Assembly: GCF_016433145.1 (NCBI RefSeq)
Contig: NC_058133.1
Location: 439,277,973-439,341,972 of the forward strand
Reading direction: 5' to 3'
DNA from: Gracilinanus agilis
Lineage: Eukaryota
Length of the DNA: 64,000 nt
Each line of letters opens with the position of its first letter. The stretch's first letter is position 1. Of this stretch, positions 12,008 through 24,400 are shown piece by piece. A program made the position numbers and the translations under genes. The notes beneath the pieces are model-generated. The model saw nothing but the letters and a program-made list of their open reading frames with translations. It was not told the DNA's origin and made no database searches.

Positions 12008-12289
12008 GTGAGTGCGGGGCGATCCGAGGGGCGCGCCCCCTCCTCTCCTCTGCCTTCCCTTCCGCCAGGGGCCGGGTGGGACCGGACCGCGAGCAGGGAA
12101 AAGGGGGACGCGGGTAGCGGGGGGCGGCAGCCTCCAGGGCGGGGGAGGGTCCTTCTCTCTTTGTGTGCTAGCCCCTCTGCCGAGTCCAGCTTGGGGCCCC
12201 GCGCTCTCTGCCCGCTGGGGGTCGAGGGGGCGGGGGCGCCTAGAGGCCCCCGTCGCGGTTCTCTTCCCGGGCCCCAGCGGGGGGGGGGT

Positions 12290-12450
12290 GTCCCCCTTTC
12301 CTTGCTCCTTCTCTCTTTGCCTCCCCCTCTTTTCCCTTAGCCCCCCTCCTCTCCCTTCTTCCTCGCTCTCCTCCTTGCTCCCCTCCTCTCCTCGCCCTTC
12401 TCTTTTTGCTCCCTCTCCCCTCTACCCCCTCCTGTCCCTCCTCCCCATAC
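12290..12450 (+). repeat. C/T-rich homopyrimidine low-complexity tract
   Basis: ~160 nt almost entirely C and T on the + strand. Confidence 0.85.
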
Positions 12451-13769
12451 CTCGTCTTGGGGCCGGCCCCGGGTGGGCCGGGGGCAGCCTGCGCCTTGGC
12501 TTCCTTTGTATCCCGGGGCTGTCTGGGGAGGGGATGGTGGCGGAGGGGAGGGGCGGGACCCTATTGTCCCTCTGGAGAGGTGTTTGTGTGGGCTGGAGGC
12601 TCATCATCTTCCTCCCTAGAACCGGGAGATGGCTCCGCGCCTGGACGGTCGCCGTGACACTCCTCCCCCCCACCCCCCAGCCACTTCCCGGTGTCCCCCG
12701 CCCAGGTAGGAGAGAGCGGAGGGGGCGCGGGGCTTTGTTTCGAGGCCCCGCTCTACACGCCCATTTTCCTTCTTCCTCGAGTCCGGGCGGGCGCTGGCCG
12801 CTGCTGCCTTAGCTGGGCAGCTACGGCCCGGCTGGCACCCCTCGGAGACAAACCCTTGGACCCTCCCTGTACCTTAGTGCACTCAGAACCTACTGGGAGT
12901 CTGGGCTGGGTGGGGTACAGGTTAGCCGCTTTCCCCGAGGGATCTCGGAAGGGGTGCCCTGGTCGGTGCGCTCCCCCTCCCCACTCCGAGGGAGCTTCCC
13001 ACTTTGTGCCAGGCTACTGGCCGAGGCGCGCGCGGGGCCCCCAACCTGGGAGAGACGGCCCCGAGGCCTCGGGGGGGGTGGGGCGGGGGCCTTCTCCCGC
13101 GTGCTGGAGGCGGAGAGCGGGCCGGGCCCCTCCCCTTTTTTCTCCCACCTGTGCAGCTCTCTGGGCTTTTGGTGGATGGAGAATTGAGCTCGTTTACAGC
13201 GGAGTAGGACGACTGTGGTTTTATTTCTCCCGAATTAGAGAGGTTTGCTAAGTGGAACAAGTGGTTTAGCGTTTGGGTGCCATTTCTGGGAGGAAGTTAA
13301 ATAGCATTTGGCTTTTCTACTGTCTTGGACAAAACTATGGCTTCTTCCCACTAGATTGCTTTCATTCCTATTTTAAAATGATAGACCTTCCTCTCTTCTC
13401 CCATTCGAATTGTGCTTTGATGAGGAAGCCAGACAATTTACTAAAGAGGTAAACCTGTAATAGCAAATAAGCCTCCCTAGTGCATAGTTTGTTTTCCGGG
13501 ATTTTTTTTCCCCCAAAAGGAATTTTGGCCCATATTTAAAGTTTTTCTTAAAAGGATTCTCCCCCCCCCCCCAAAATTATTTTTTTTTAAATGTATCTTT
13601 TCCTTTCCTCAACAAAACCTGTTGAATTTAACATGTTGGAATTTTTGAACAGCTTAAGAACTGAATTCTGGTTTTGGTAACAATTTCTCCAGTAAAAACT
13701 TCTTTAATTATGTTTTTTCTTCTTCGTGATCCCATTGGGGGTTTTCTTTACAAAAATACTGGGATTTGT

Positions 13770-13915
13770 TATTTTCTCATTTTATAGATGAGGAAACCAA
13801 GGCAAACAAGGCCAAGTGACTTGCCCAGGGTTACACAGATAGTTAAGTGTCTGAGATGGGATTTTTAGGTCTTTTTGACTACAGTCTTGGTGCATAGAGC
13901 TACCCCACCTGCCTT
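13770..13915 (-). mobile_element. MIR-type SINE
   Basis: ctcattttatagatgaggaaaccaaggc...aagtgacttgcccaggg. Confidence 0.8.
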
Positions 13916-14432
13916 TGTAGTGCTATACAGTTGTGTCAGAGTTTAGTTTATTAAACCATACTTACAGTAAATAAAGTGAATTTGGAATAGTGAGAAATAA
14001 CCTTTAATTGCATTTCCTATTAAAATGCAAATGTTAATTTTTTTCAAAGCTTTGGTAGTTTGAGGATGTGTTTGAAACAGTTATTGACTAGTTGACTATT
14101 TAATTTTGTAAATTCCATTGAATAGGACCCAGTATTCCATTTCACTAAAATTTCTTTTTAAGTATTTTTGAATTGGACTTTAAAAAATAAAATTATAGCC
14201 TTAAACTTACAAGAAATGTATTTTACTTACTGCCTGGGATGTAATGGAAATCCGTGTTGCCATTCATGTCCTTAAGAAAGCTGAGTTGGGAAAATGTTCT
14301 AGAAATGTTAGATTCACAAGCTTTTATTTATTTATATGAGTACTTATTTTTATTATAAAGCTATTCTTTATAAAAACTGAGAGCAAAGTAATACAGCAGA
14401 ACTATTTTGTTAGCATTGTTAATACTTTTATT

Positions 14433-14690
14433 AGGGGTAACTAGGTGGCTTTGTGGATAAAGTACTGGGCCTGAAGTTAGGAAGACTCATCTTTCCTAGT
14501 TTAAATCTGATCTCAGATACTTACTGGCTGTATGATCCTGGGCAAGTCACTTAACCCTGTTTATCTCAATTTCCTCTTCTGTCAAATGAACTGGAGAAAG
14601 AAATGGAAAACCACTACAGTAATCTCTGCCAAGAAAAGCACAAATTGGGGTCAAGAAGAGTCAGATACGACTGAACAGCAACAAAAATAC
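14433..14690 (+). mobile_element. MAR1-type CORE-SINE
   Basis: ggggtaactaggtggc head; core; gagaaagaaatggaaaaccactacag...ggggtcaagaagagtcagatacgactgaacagcaacaaaa tail. Confidence 0.85.
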
Positions 14691-15594
14691 CTTCATTAAA
14701 CAGATTTTTGTTGAATAAATGATCTGATTTGCTACATAGTTTTTTGTTAAAATGGAGTTTTGATTTCTAGTATCATATAGAGAGGCCGTGTTGTGTAGGG
14801 AGAATGCTGAAATCTGGGTCAATATAATCAGTACCTGTGAGAATTAAGACCTGAATTCAGCCTTTCCTGACTATATGAGGCTTTTTATCCACTGACCTAT
14901 GTTGCCTCTCTTTAACAATCAAGAGACCAGTGCATTAATCTAGGCAAGAAGTAGACTTAGGTTGGTAGACTTGGTATTGGAGAGTAGAGGATAAATGGGA
15001 GATTCCTAGGAAAATAGGGTTGATGTGTCTTGGCAACTGATGAGATGTTGGGGGTTTAGAAAAATAGAAGTCAAAGATGATTTTGAAGTTTGAATCCTGC
15101 GAAGATAGAAATATTGATCAAAAGGAGAGTGATGCTTTTTGGCTCAGAAATATCACCACTAGGCCTTTACCCCATTGAGATCAAAGAAAGAGGAAAAAAG
15201 GGTAAGGGAGAGAATAAATATTTATTTAGCTTCTATTCTGTGCTAGGCACCCGTAGCAAAGAAGTGGAAACTCAAGGTAACTTTTCAACTGATTGAACAA
15301 ATTATAGTGCTTAGAATACTATTGGACCCGAAGAATCTCAGGAAATAATGAGATGGATTCAGAGAAACCTGGGAAGACTTATGAACTGAGTCAGTGGAAG
15401 CAGAGCAATTTATGTAATAACAATAGCAGCATTTAAAAAAATAGTTTTCAAAAGATTTAATTCTGATCAACTCTGATTCTGCGGAACTCATGATGAAGAA
15501 TACTTTCTGACAGGTAATAATGGACTAATGTGCATAATGAAACAGTATTTGAAAGTGGCCAATATGGAAGGGAATAAAAGGGGTAGGAAGAGAA

Positions 15595-15830
15595 TAAGCA
15601 TTTATATAGAACTTATTATGTTCCAGGCACTGTGCTAAGCACTTAGCAAATATTATCTCATTTGATTCTTAAAATGACTCTATGAGGTAGGTACTTTTAT
15701 TAACCCCACTTTACATTTAAGGAAATTGAGGCAAACAGATTAAGTGATTTGCCTAGGGTCATACAGCTAGGCTCTGAGACCAAATTTGAATTCAGATCTT
15801 CAGTACTCTATTACCTAAAGTGCCTCTAAT
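15595..15830 (-). mobile_element. MIR-type SINE
   Basis: tatgttccaggcactgtgctaagcac...attatctcatttgatt...gaggcaaacagattaagtgatttgcctaggg. Confidence 0.8.
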
Positions 15831-17845
15831 ATAGGAATTCATGTTGCCTGACTGTATAGCTTTGCCAGAAGGGTTTTGTTTCTCTCCTTTTTAGAGGGAG
15901 GGAGGGAGACAAATGCTTGATATTGGGGGGAACCCCTGAATAAAAAGGGGATCAAGAGGAGATTCAGATTTTATAGATGATCAGATTTTTGTAAGAGCAT
16001 AGTTTTAAAGTGGAAGTGAACTAGCTGCCTATTTTATAGATGATGAAACAGACTAATTGACTTAGCTAGCGTCATAAAGTATTTTTTAATATGTTGAGTT
16101 TAAGGTCTTTGAAAACATATGGATGAAAGTACAGGAGAGGAGAGGTGGAAGTTGGAGGTAGTGGCTTGGGAATTCCCTTGGAGGAAGTAAGATTGTTTAA
16201 GCCATGGCTGTGGATGAGATTGCAATATTAGAAAATATGTAGAGAAAAGATAATGAAGGACAAAATCTTGGGGAAATTACCTGAGGGGGTGGGTAGAGTG
16301 GTTGGAGGCACAAAGCGGGCCAGAAGAGATCCCGAATAATTATTCCTGTAGGTAGGAAAACAAATCGTTTTCAGAGAATATCAGAGAATAAAATAGTTCT
16401 GATAATTGATAGGGCTGCTGATCTTAGTTTCTGATACTTCAAAGAATTCAAGGACGTTGAGAACTGAGAAGAAAGGTGTTTGGATTTGGGAAATAAAAGA
16501 TCCCTGGTGACCTTTGGGAGAGTAATTTTAGTTGTAGCGAGAATTTAATATTGATTGTAAGAAAGAGAGGAGTAGGTGATAAGGAAGTGGATGCCCATCA
16601 AGACAGTGATGTCAAATTTAAATAGAGACAGATCTCTGCAGGCTTATTGACTTAGAAAACCACAAATTAAAATTGTATTGCATTTTTAATTTTGGTAAAT
16701 GTTTCCCAGTTACATTTTAATTTGATTCCTGGCATTCCAGAGTTTTTCAGGCTATGGCTTTGACCTCTGTTGTGCACTGTAGTCTTTAGAAGCTTGACAG
16801 TAGCAGAGTTGAGGGAGAGGTTAGCAGTTTCAGAGGTTGACACCATCAAGAGAAGACTTCTTCAGTTTTGTAGGCATGGGGTTAGGAACCAGTGAAAGAG
16901 AGAGTGAAAAAGCTAGGGAGTGGGCATAATTGATAACATAAAGACGCTGGAATAGTCTGGAAGAAGCCCCTGGAGCACTTATAAAGGTGGTAGAAAGACT
17001 GGAAAAAGACAAAACAATTAAATTATGGACTTGGAAGGGGCTTTGGAAACAGTAGCACTCCTACTACCACAAGCCTGACTTCCAGCCTGTAAAATAGCTC
17101 AACATCAGAAACTGATGATTTCATTAATGGAAATGGCATTACAGAAGATGCACTCCATCTGTTTTGTTACTGTACCCTAAGTATCTTAAAATACCTTTCT
17201 TTTTTGACTTTCAGTTGAAACTTCATTTATATATTGTCTTTTATTAGAATGTGAGCTCATTGAGAGGAAGCTCATTGATAGCCACCTTGCCATTTTATTT
17301 GTGTCTTCAGTGCTTAGCACAGTGTTTTTTCTCCCCATTAATTCATTCAGTAATCTTCACACCTAGAAAAAAGAATCAATGCATGGTAGTCAATCTACTA
17401 GTGTTTATTGAGTGCCTACTATATGCTAGGTACTGTCCTAAATCCTGGTGATACAAAGAAAAGCAAATTCTCAAGGAGCTCACATTCTAATGGGGCAGAC
17501 AACCTGCAAACTATGCATATAGGATACGAACTAGATAAATTGGGAGCAGTCTCAGAGAGAAGGCATTAAAGGTTAAAGAGGCCAAGGAAAAGCTTCTTAT
17601 AGAAGGTGGGACTTTGGCATTTGGTAATGTCATGGAACTAGGAAGCAGAGATGAAGAGAGGGAGAGGGCTGTTCAGACATGGAAGACAGCCAGTGAAAAC
17701 ACTTTTAAGTTTCAAGATGGGGTGCCATGTATGAGGAACAGCAAGAGGGTCATTGTAACTAGATTGGATTGTAAAATATGTTGGAGGTGGGGTTAAGGTG
17801 TAAGAAGATTGGAAAGGTAGGAAGTGGCCAGATTATAAAGCACTT

Positions 17846-18047
17846 TGTTTTCTTTTTAAAAACCCTTACCTCCTGACAGAATCGATATTGTATTGATTGT
17901 ATTGTATCAGTATTGGTTCCAAGACAGAAGAGAGGTAAGTGACTTGCCCAGGGTCACACAACTAGAAAATGTCTGAGGTCAGATTTGAATTGAAGACCTC
18001 CAGACTCTAGGCCATGCTCTCAATCTACTGAGCCATCAAACTGCCCC
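17846..18047 (-). mobile_element. SINE1_Mdo-like SINE, older variant
   Basis: T-tail, taaaaacccttacc... to ...aaactgcccc; TSD ttataaagcactt (17833-45) / ttataaagcattt (18048-60). Confidence 0.9.
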
Positions 18048-18461
18048 TTATAAAGCATTTTAAAGGCAATTCTTGATCTTGGAGGCTACATGATTTTATC
18101 GAATGGAGGATGTGTGATTATGACCTTCATTTTAGGAAGATCAATTTGATAGCTGAGTGGAAGATGAAATGGAATGAGTAGATATTTTAGCAGTGAGACC
18201 AAACAGGAGGTTATTGTAATAGTCCAAGTCTGAGGTATTGAGGGCCTATGCTAGAGTTCAGTAGAAGAGAGAAAGGGATCTATACAAGAAGTATGTTAAA
18301 ATTTAAAAGTTAAAATCTTTACTCTGAAGGAATTTGTAGGCTCTATATAGGTATACACAGGTTAAATAGAAGGGAAGGAGGGAAGTTGCTATCAGTTGAG
18401 TGGATTATGAAAGACTTCTGGGTAGATAGTGGTGTTTGAGTTGAGTATTAAAAGTTTAAGA

Positions 18462-18673
18462 CAGGGGTTCCCAAACTTTTTTGGCCTACATGTCCCCTTT
18501 CCAGAAAAACTATTACTTAGTCCCCTGGAAATTAATTTTTAAAAAATTTTAATAGCAATTAATAGGAAAGATAAATGCACCCGTGGCCATTACTGCACCC
18601 GTGGCCATTACTGCTCCCCTGGATCGCTGCAGCACCCACCAGGGAGTGGTGGTTCCCACTTTGGGAATCACTG
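18462..18673. mobile_element. Charlie-type hAT MITE (212 bp, including an internal 18-bp tandem duplication)
   Basis: Terminal inverted repeats (TIRs) caggggttcccaaa / tttgggaatcactg; perfect 8-bp TSD GTTTAAGA (18454-61, 18674-81); same family as 48947-49141. Confidence 0.95.
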
Positions 18674-19844
18674 GTTTAAGAGATCCAAGAGGCCAGAGTG
18701 AATCCTACACATAGGGTTCAGCTAACATGAAAAGTTGTGTGAGCAATCCAGTTTGACTGGGCATTAGTGTGGGAAGGAAATAATAAATGATGAGACTAGG
18801 AAGGTTGATACTAGGTTGGGAAGGACTTTGGGGCAAATAGAAGAATTTTTATTTGATCCTTGGAGCAATAGGAAATGCTGAAGTTTATTGAATGGTGGAG
18901 AGATGTCAGACCTACGTGTAAAGAAAATCACTTTGGCAGCTATAAAGGAAAGATTAGAATGGAGAAAAACTTAAGGCTGGAACAAGTAGGCCTTTGCACT
19001 AATCTAGGCAAGATGTGTATTGAGGGTTTGAACTTGGTATATTTAGCAGATTAGAAGAATGGTAGTGCCTTTGGCAGAAATACAGACATTTGGTATGGGG
19101 TGAATTTTGAGGGAAAAATAATGAATTTCATCTTGTACATGTTGAGTTTGAGATATCTCTGAAACATCTAGTTGGAAGCTCCTATTAGGGAGTTGGTGAT
19201 TTGGTACTGGAAGCACAGAAGATAGAAGGGGGTTAATAGATCTGTAAGTCATTAGTATAGAGATAGTAATTAAATTAGTGGGAAGTGAAGTCACCAAGAC
19301 AGTGTCTAGAGATGAGAGAGGTGGTCTTAAAACATATACTCACAGTTGGGGATATGTTAAATCAGCAGAAGAGACTGAGATGGTGGAGTCAGACTGTTAG
19401 GCCATCCAAGTGATTAGTTAACTTTCTTGGATTATAGTTTCTTCATCTGTGAAAAATGAAGCATTGGACAAAATGGCTTTTGAGATTCCTTTCAGCTTTT
19501 TAGATTTATGGTTTTGTGATCTTATGTTGTCATGAAAACCCATAGAAGAGTGAGTGGTCAACAGTGTCAAAAAGCAGAGGTTAAGAAAAATGAGGGCTTA
19601 GAAGAGACCATGACATATGAAAATTAAGAGATTATTGATAATTTTGGTGTGATCAGTTTCAGTGGAGTGATGAAATTGGAAGCCAGATTGCAAAAAGTTG
19701 GGAAGAGAGTGCTGTCAGAAGTGAAGCAAGAAGCATAGACATTTTTTTCTAAGAGTTTGGTTAAGAAAGAAAGAAGAGATGTAGGACAATCGCTTGAGGG
19801 TAGGGAGTCTAGGGATGATTTTTTTAAAACTAAAGGAGGCTTAA

Positions 19845-20380
19845 GAGGATGTATTTGTACAAAAATATTTGTAGCAGCTCTTTTTGTAGTGACAAAGAAT
19901 GAAACTGGGTGGATGTCCATCAGCTGGGAAATGGCTGAACAAATTCTGGTATATAATTGCAGTGGAATATTACTGCACCATAAGAAATGAAGAGGATGAG
20001 TTCAGAAAAACCTGAAAGACTAACTGATGCAAAGTGAAGTGAGCAGAACCAGGAGAACAGTGCATACAATAACAGAAATATTGGATGATGATCAGTTATG
20101 AAGGATTAAACTGTTATTGGCAAAACAAAGTTCCAAAAGACCCATGATAAAAAGTGCTATCCACAGTCATAGAAGGATTTGTTGGAGTCTGAATGCAGAT
20201 CAAAACATACCATTTTCCACTTTATTTCTTTCATGAATTTTCTTCTTGTATGTGGGATATTTCAATATTTCATTATGTGAGGAATATGGAAATAAGTATT
20301 GTGTGACAGCACTGGTATAATCTATATCAGACTATTTAACATCTTGATAGGAGGGGTGGGAGGGAAGGAAAGAATCTGAA
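19845..20380 (+). mobile_element. Old L1 3' end
   Basis: tgtacaaaaatatttgtagcagctctttttgtagtgacaaag...gaactaactgatgcaaagtgaagtgagcagaaccaggagaa-like L1 3' motifs. Confidence 0.85.
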
Positions 20381-20744
20381 CCTCCTGTCTCTAGGCCTGG
20401 CCCTCAATCCACTGAGACACCCAGCTGCCCCGCCAAAGGTGATTTTATTGAAGGAACTATGCTGGAGAGGAAAGAAAGGGATTAGGATGAGATGAAGAGT
20501 ACATGTAGGGGGCCTTCGAATTTGACCACTTTCAAATAAGTATACCTGTGCTACTGTCTTAACTTGCTTCTCATTATTCTGGAAACACCTTTATAAAATA
20601 CTTTTTAATGAAATACTTTATTGAGCATGTTGCTAAAATGAGTGCCCCTTCTTTAGTTACTTCATTTATCCTCCCTCTTAATACAGCATGCCTGTGAATC
20701 TATCAGTTTAATAATTGTCAAAAAAAAGGAAATAAAATTATTGT

Positions 20745-21480
20745 GGCATGAACTGTTCTTGATGAAACCATGCTTTTTCTTTATAATCACAAATTTCTTT
20801 TTCTGTCTTATCCTTTTCCATATTTTGTTTTGGAATATTTGCAGAAATAGGAGTTAAGTTCATTTTCCTCTTATTTGCAGACTTATTTTTATTCCCTTTT
20901 TTGGAACAAAACATTCTTTTATTCAGACTTGTGATAACTGCCCCCTTTTCTCCACTGTTGCTCAGTGATCATATCCTAGCTTAAGTTAAGTTTTCCAGCT
21001 CTCTCAAACCTTCGAGAATGTCGTTTATCTGAGCCAGGTGACTTGAATTATCTCTCCTTGCTATATTCTTCCTTACTTGCCTTTCAAATCTCTTTTAGTC
21101 GTTTTTGGGTCTCTTTTTGGTCCAAAGGTGATATTCTGTTTGGCAGAGAAAATGTAAGCAAAGTAAGAATTCAGCAGCTATCTTTGCCTTCCTTTTATCT
21201 GTTGTCAGTGTTACTCTGTCCATCCCAAATGCTGGCCAAATCTGATCCTTCTTTCTTCCTTCCTGCCATGAGTTAAAAAACAAAACAAACAAACAAAAAA
21301 ACCCAAACCAAAGCAAACCCTTTTTATTGCCCTATTTCCTTACTCTAGCCTCTAGCATTATGCCATTCTAAGCTTTAGTACTCCTGACAATATTCTTTCA
21401 GAATTGTGCCAGACTTTTTGAATTCATCATCTATTACTTCCCTTTGCTCCTATCCTCTCTATGTATCTTTCTTAAATCTA
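20745..21480 (-). mobile_element. L3/CR1 RT-region fragment
   Basis: ctgttcttgatgaaaccatgc is the antisense of the CR1 QHGF(I)KNR motif; gagccaggtgacttgaa follows; degraded. Confidence 0.6.
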
Positions 21481-24400
21481 AGTTGGTTGCTGGCCTTCTG
21501 TGATAGGACATTCTCTAGACTAAGTTTGAATTCTACTTCAGACACTTACTAGTTGTGTGACTGGCCAAGACAAGAGATGGAAAGATTGTGAGTTAGGATT
21601 GTGAATCTAGGAAGGAGGACAACATCATAGAAGTTGATAGACTTATCAACTATGGTGATTAGAGAAGCAGCATAGACTATAAAAGGGAAGAGGTCTTTAA
21701 GGAATGGTGGTAGAACAGTGGTTGGTCAGCAACAGTAATAAGATGAGAACAGGTTGATTCTTATGGCCCAGTGAATCCTTGCACTTGATTAGTGCCAGCT
21801 AGCATATTTAAGCACTTAAATGCATCTGTGCTCTTATTTATTTGGAAGTTCTCTGATGATGCAAATCAAAGCCAGTGCTTGCCTATCCTGTCTCATACTT
21901 GCTCAGGTCCTACTATACTAACTGACCCCTTTGGGGGGGTGGGTCTACCAGTTGGAAGGATATTATTAATGGTGTCTACCCTGGCTATCCATCTGTTATC
22001 TCCTATCCCTTATAGGTGATCTGCTCATCTTTCTATACTATGATTTCTTGATGATGTCTTTTACTCATGTTCTTTAGTGTCTCTTACTGGTTATGTATTG
22101 CAACTTGCTTATATCTGCATAGGATAGCATAATTACTTTGATTTATCAGATGAGTTTGGAACAGGAGAATGGATCCACTTTATCTTCACCTGTGGTCTTT
22201 TCTTATCTTTGTAGTGTGGGAGGACAGCTTACTTCACCTTAAAGTACCAGAAAGATAGAGAGTCTAGAACCCTGTAATTAGGAGGTATAATAGGCAACGT
22301 TCATTGAACTGAATGGAATTGCTCCTCCAGAATAATTTGGCAGTCTTCTAAACATATCATTCAACAAACATATAAGTGCCCTCTTTGTGCAAGGTACTGT
22401 GCTAGAAACTGCTTACTGAGGTCTTGAGGTTAAATTGTTAGAATTATTTAGTGATTTATGCTTTTGCTTTCTTATGTTATTATGTTTATATGAGATTAAG
22501 TGCTACTTGCTTAATACTACCTCCCTGTTGTTGAAACTTCTACTCCTCCATGATTTAATATTAATTCCACACCGTTATTGTACCATTGCTTTATTTTTGT
22601 CTTTAGTAGGAAAATGCCTTATGTTGTTTTGACAGCTTAATGGAACTGTAGATTTCTAATTCTCTCTTTTTAACTTCTAAAATCATAAGTTGATTTATTC
22701 ATTGTTGTAAGGGAAGTTTATTTTGATATATCATAAATATTTAGGAATATTTTTGAAGAATCAACTCCAACACTGACAGAAGGAAATAACCTGCCAAATT
22801 TCTAAGTTGTAAAATTTTATTTTTGAAAATTGTCTATTGAACATCTCTTTAAAGCTTTGTTTATGTTATACAACAAGGCTAGCAAAAATTGTTTGGTTCT
22901 AGAAGCTAGGTCTCAAATTTAAAGGTAATCAATGATTTTTTTAAACTTTCAAGGAAAGAAAAACAAGAGGAAAAGGCATTGTTTTCAATCCTCAAATTAA
23001 GACCCAAATTTAGGTTTTGAAGACCCAATCCCCATCCAATTTGTAGCTAAGTCCTGTTAATTCTGCTTTGACTGTACCTTTGGCATCTAAACCTTTCTTC
23101 CCACTTACACTCTACTATAAGGCAGACTCTTTTGCCTGTAGAAAAGCCTTATTCTCTGTCTCTATCCCTACCCATTTCAAGCCATCTGTTACATTGGTGC
23201 TGAAATAGCTTTCCAAATATATAGATCTTAGTTTATACTCCATTTACTTTTCTGTTCCAGCTAAACTGGATTTTTTTTGCCATTTGTTCTTTGATCATAT
23301 TCTCCCTTTTTTGATCCTGTGTACTTGGACAGATTGTTTCCTCTGCCTGGGATGAAGGTAATATGGAACAGTGGTTCAAAAACAAACCATTGGTTCTCCA
23401 GTTAGAGGAGTTGGCTCCCGGTCTTGCCTTGGTTACTTCCTACCTGTGTGACTTTGAGCAACGCATCTAACCTCTCCAGGTCTCAGTTTCCTCATCTTTA
23501 AATGAGGTTGAATTAAGAGTCTGACATTTTTTCTGGCCTAGAGCTTTGAATATTTAGATTTCCTCTGAAATCTTTCTATTCTTTAAGACCCTATTGAGGA
23601 GCCATCTTCATTATGAAGTCTCTCCCTTGACTGGTGTCCTTCAAATTTCTTAATAGCCAATTTTCTAGAAGCTTTTCTTTGGCTTTAATACTTTATTTGG
23701 TATCATTTGTATATAATGCCATAGTCTCAACTATGTAATCTCCTTGAGGGCAGAAGTTGTTCATGTTTTTCCATTTCTGTAGTCTAAACATCTATAGCAT
23801 AGTGCCTGGCATGTATTAAGTAGATGCTTAAGGTGTTTTGAATTTATTAAAGGCTCAAAGAAGGAAATGAACACATAAAATCTCTAGGATATTTCCTGTG
23901 CTATGTAATACTTTAGGAAAGTCTTTGTGGCTAGGTATTCTTTCCCTCACCCAGTTTGTCCTTTTCTTTAGATTCTTTCATCCTCTTTCATCCTTTTCAG
24001 GGGAATGTGGCCCAAGCTAAGATTAGGCAGATGGTGGCTCCTGAACCTGAAGAGAGGCACGCAGACTTTAATGTAGCCCACCTTGAATGTGATTCAGCAG
24101 TATGTCAGGATTTTTATTACTCCAGTAGTTGAAGTATCTATGATTTGATTGGTGTAAGTATTAATTCCACAAGTGAAGATCATGACCTCTCTATACCTTA
24201 GTAGACTGTTGGGATGAATTACTAATAGCTTTGCCATTTAGTATAGATTTTGATGGTGTGACCTTGTCTGTAAAAATTTTTTGAGCATATTTCCAAAATG
24301 TATATTTACTTATATGTATTCCTAACTATGCATACTTATACATGTTGTAAAATTAAAACAAAGATAGAAATGAAAAAAGGATAAGATTATTTGATCCTAG

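Larger units (their letters stand above)
11450..13250. promoter_or_regulatory. FNBP1L: CpG island / FNBP1L promoter, 5' UTR and start of intron 1
   Basis: Abrupt switch to very GC- and CpG-rich DNA in an otherwise CpG-depleted window; GC-box-like gaggcgggg at ~11783; ATG-free GC-rich leader before 11984. The exact TSS cannot be read from sequence. Confidence 0.92.
16090..19830 (-). mobile_element. Fragmented L2 region (~16090-16640, 17385-18290, 18700-19830) interrupted by younger insertions
   Basis: Purine-rich L2 antisense motifs such as gttgagtttgagatatctctgaaacatctagttgg and ttttaggaagatcaatttgatagctgagtggaag; boundaries approximate. Confidence 0.6.

Noticed and set aside
11465-13260. 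Long overlapping ORFs in the CpG island (e.g. 12012..12812, 266 aa; 12691..13251, 186 aa)
   Set aside because: Low-complexity P/G/R/L/S-rich translations on several frames are expected from stop-poor GC-rich DNA; no recognisable domain; they lie in FNBP1L intron 1.
21857-21866. Overlapping TGATGCAA (ATF4-C/EBP) and ATGCAAAT (octamer) motifs
   Set aside because: An isolated 8-mer match is expected by chance in 64 kb.
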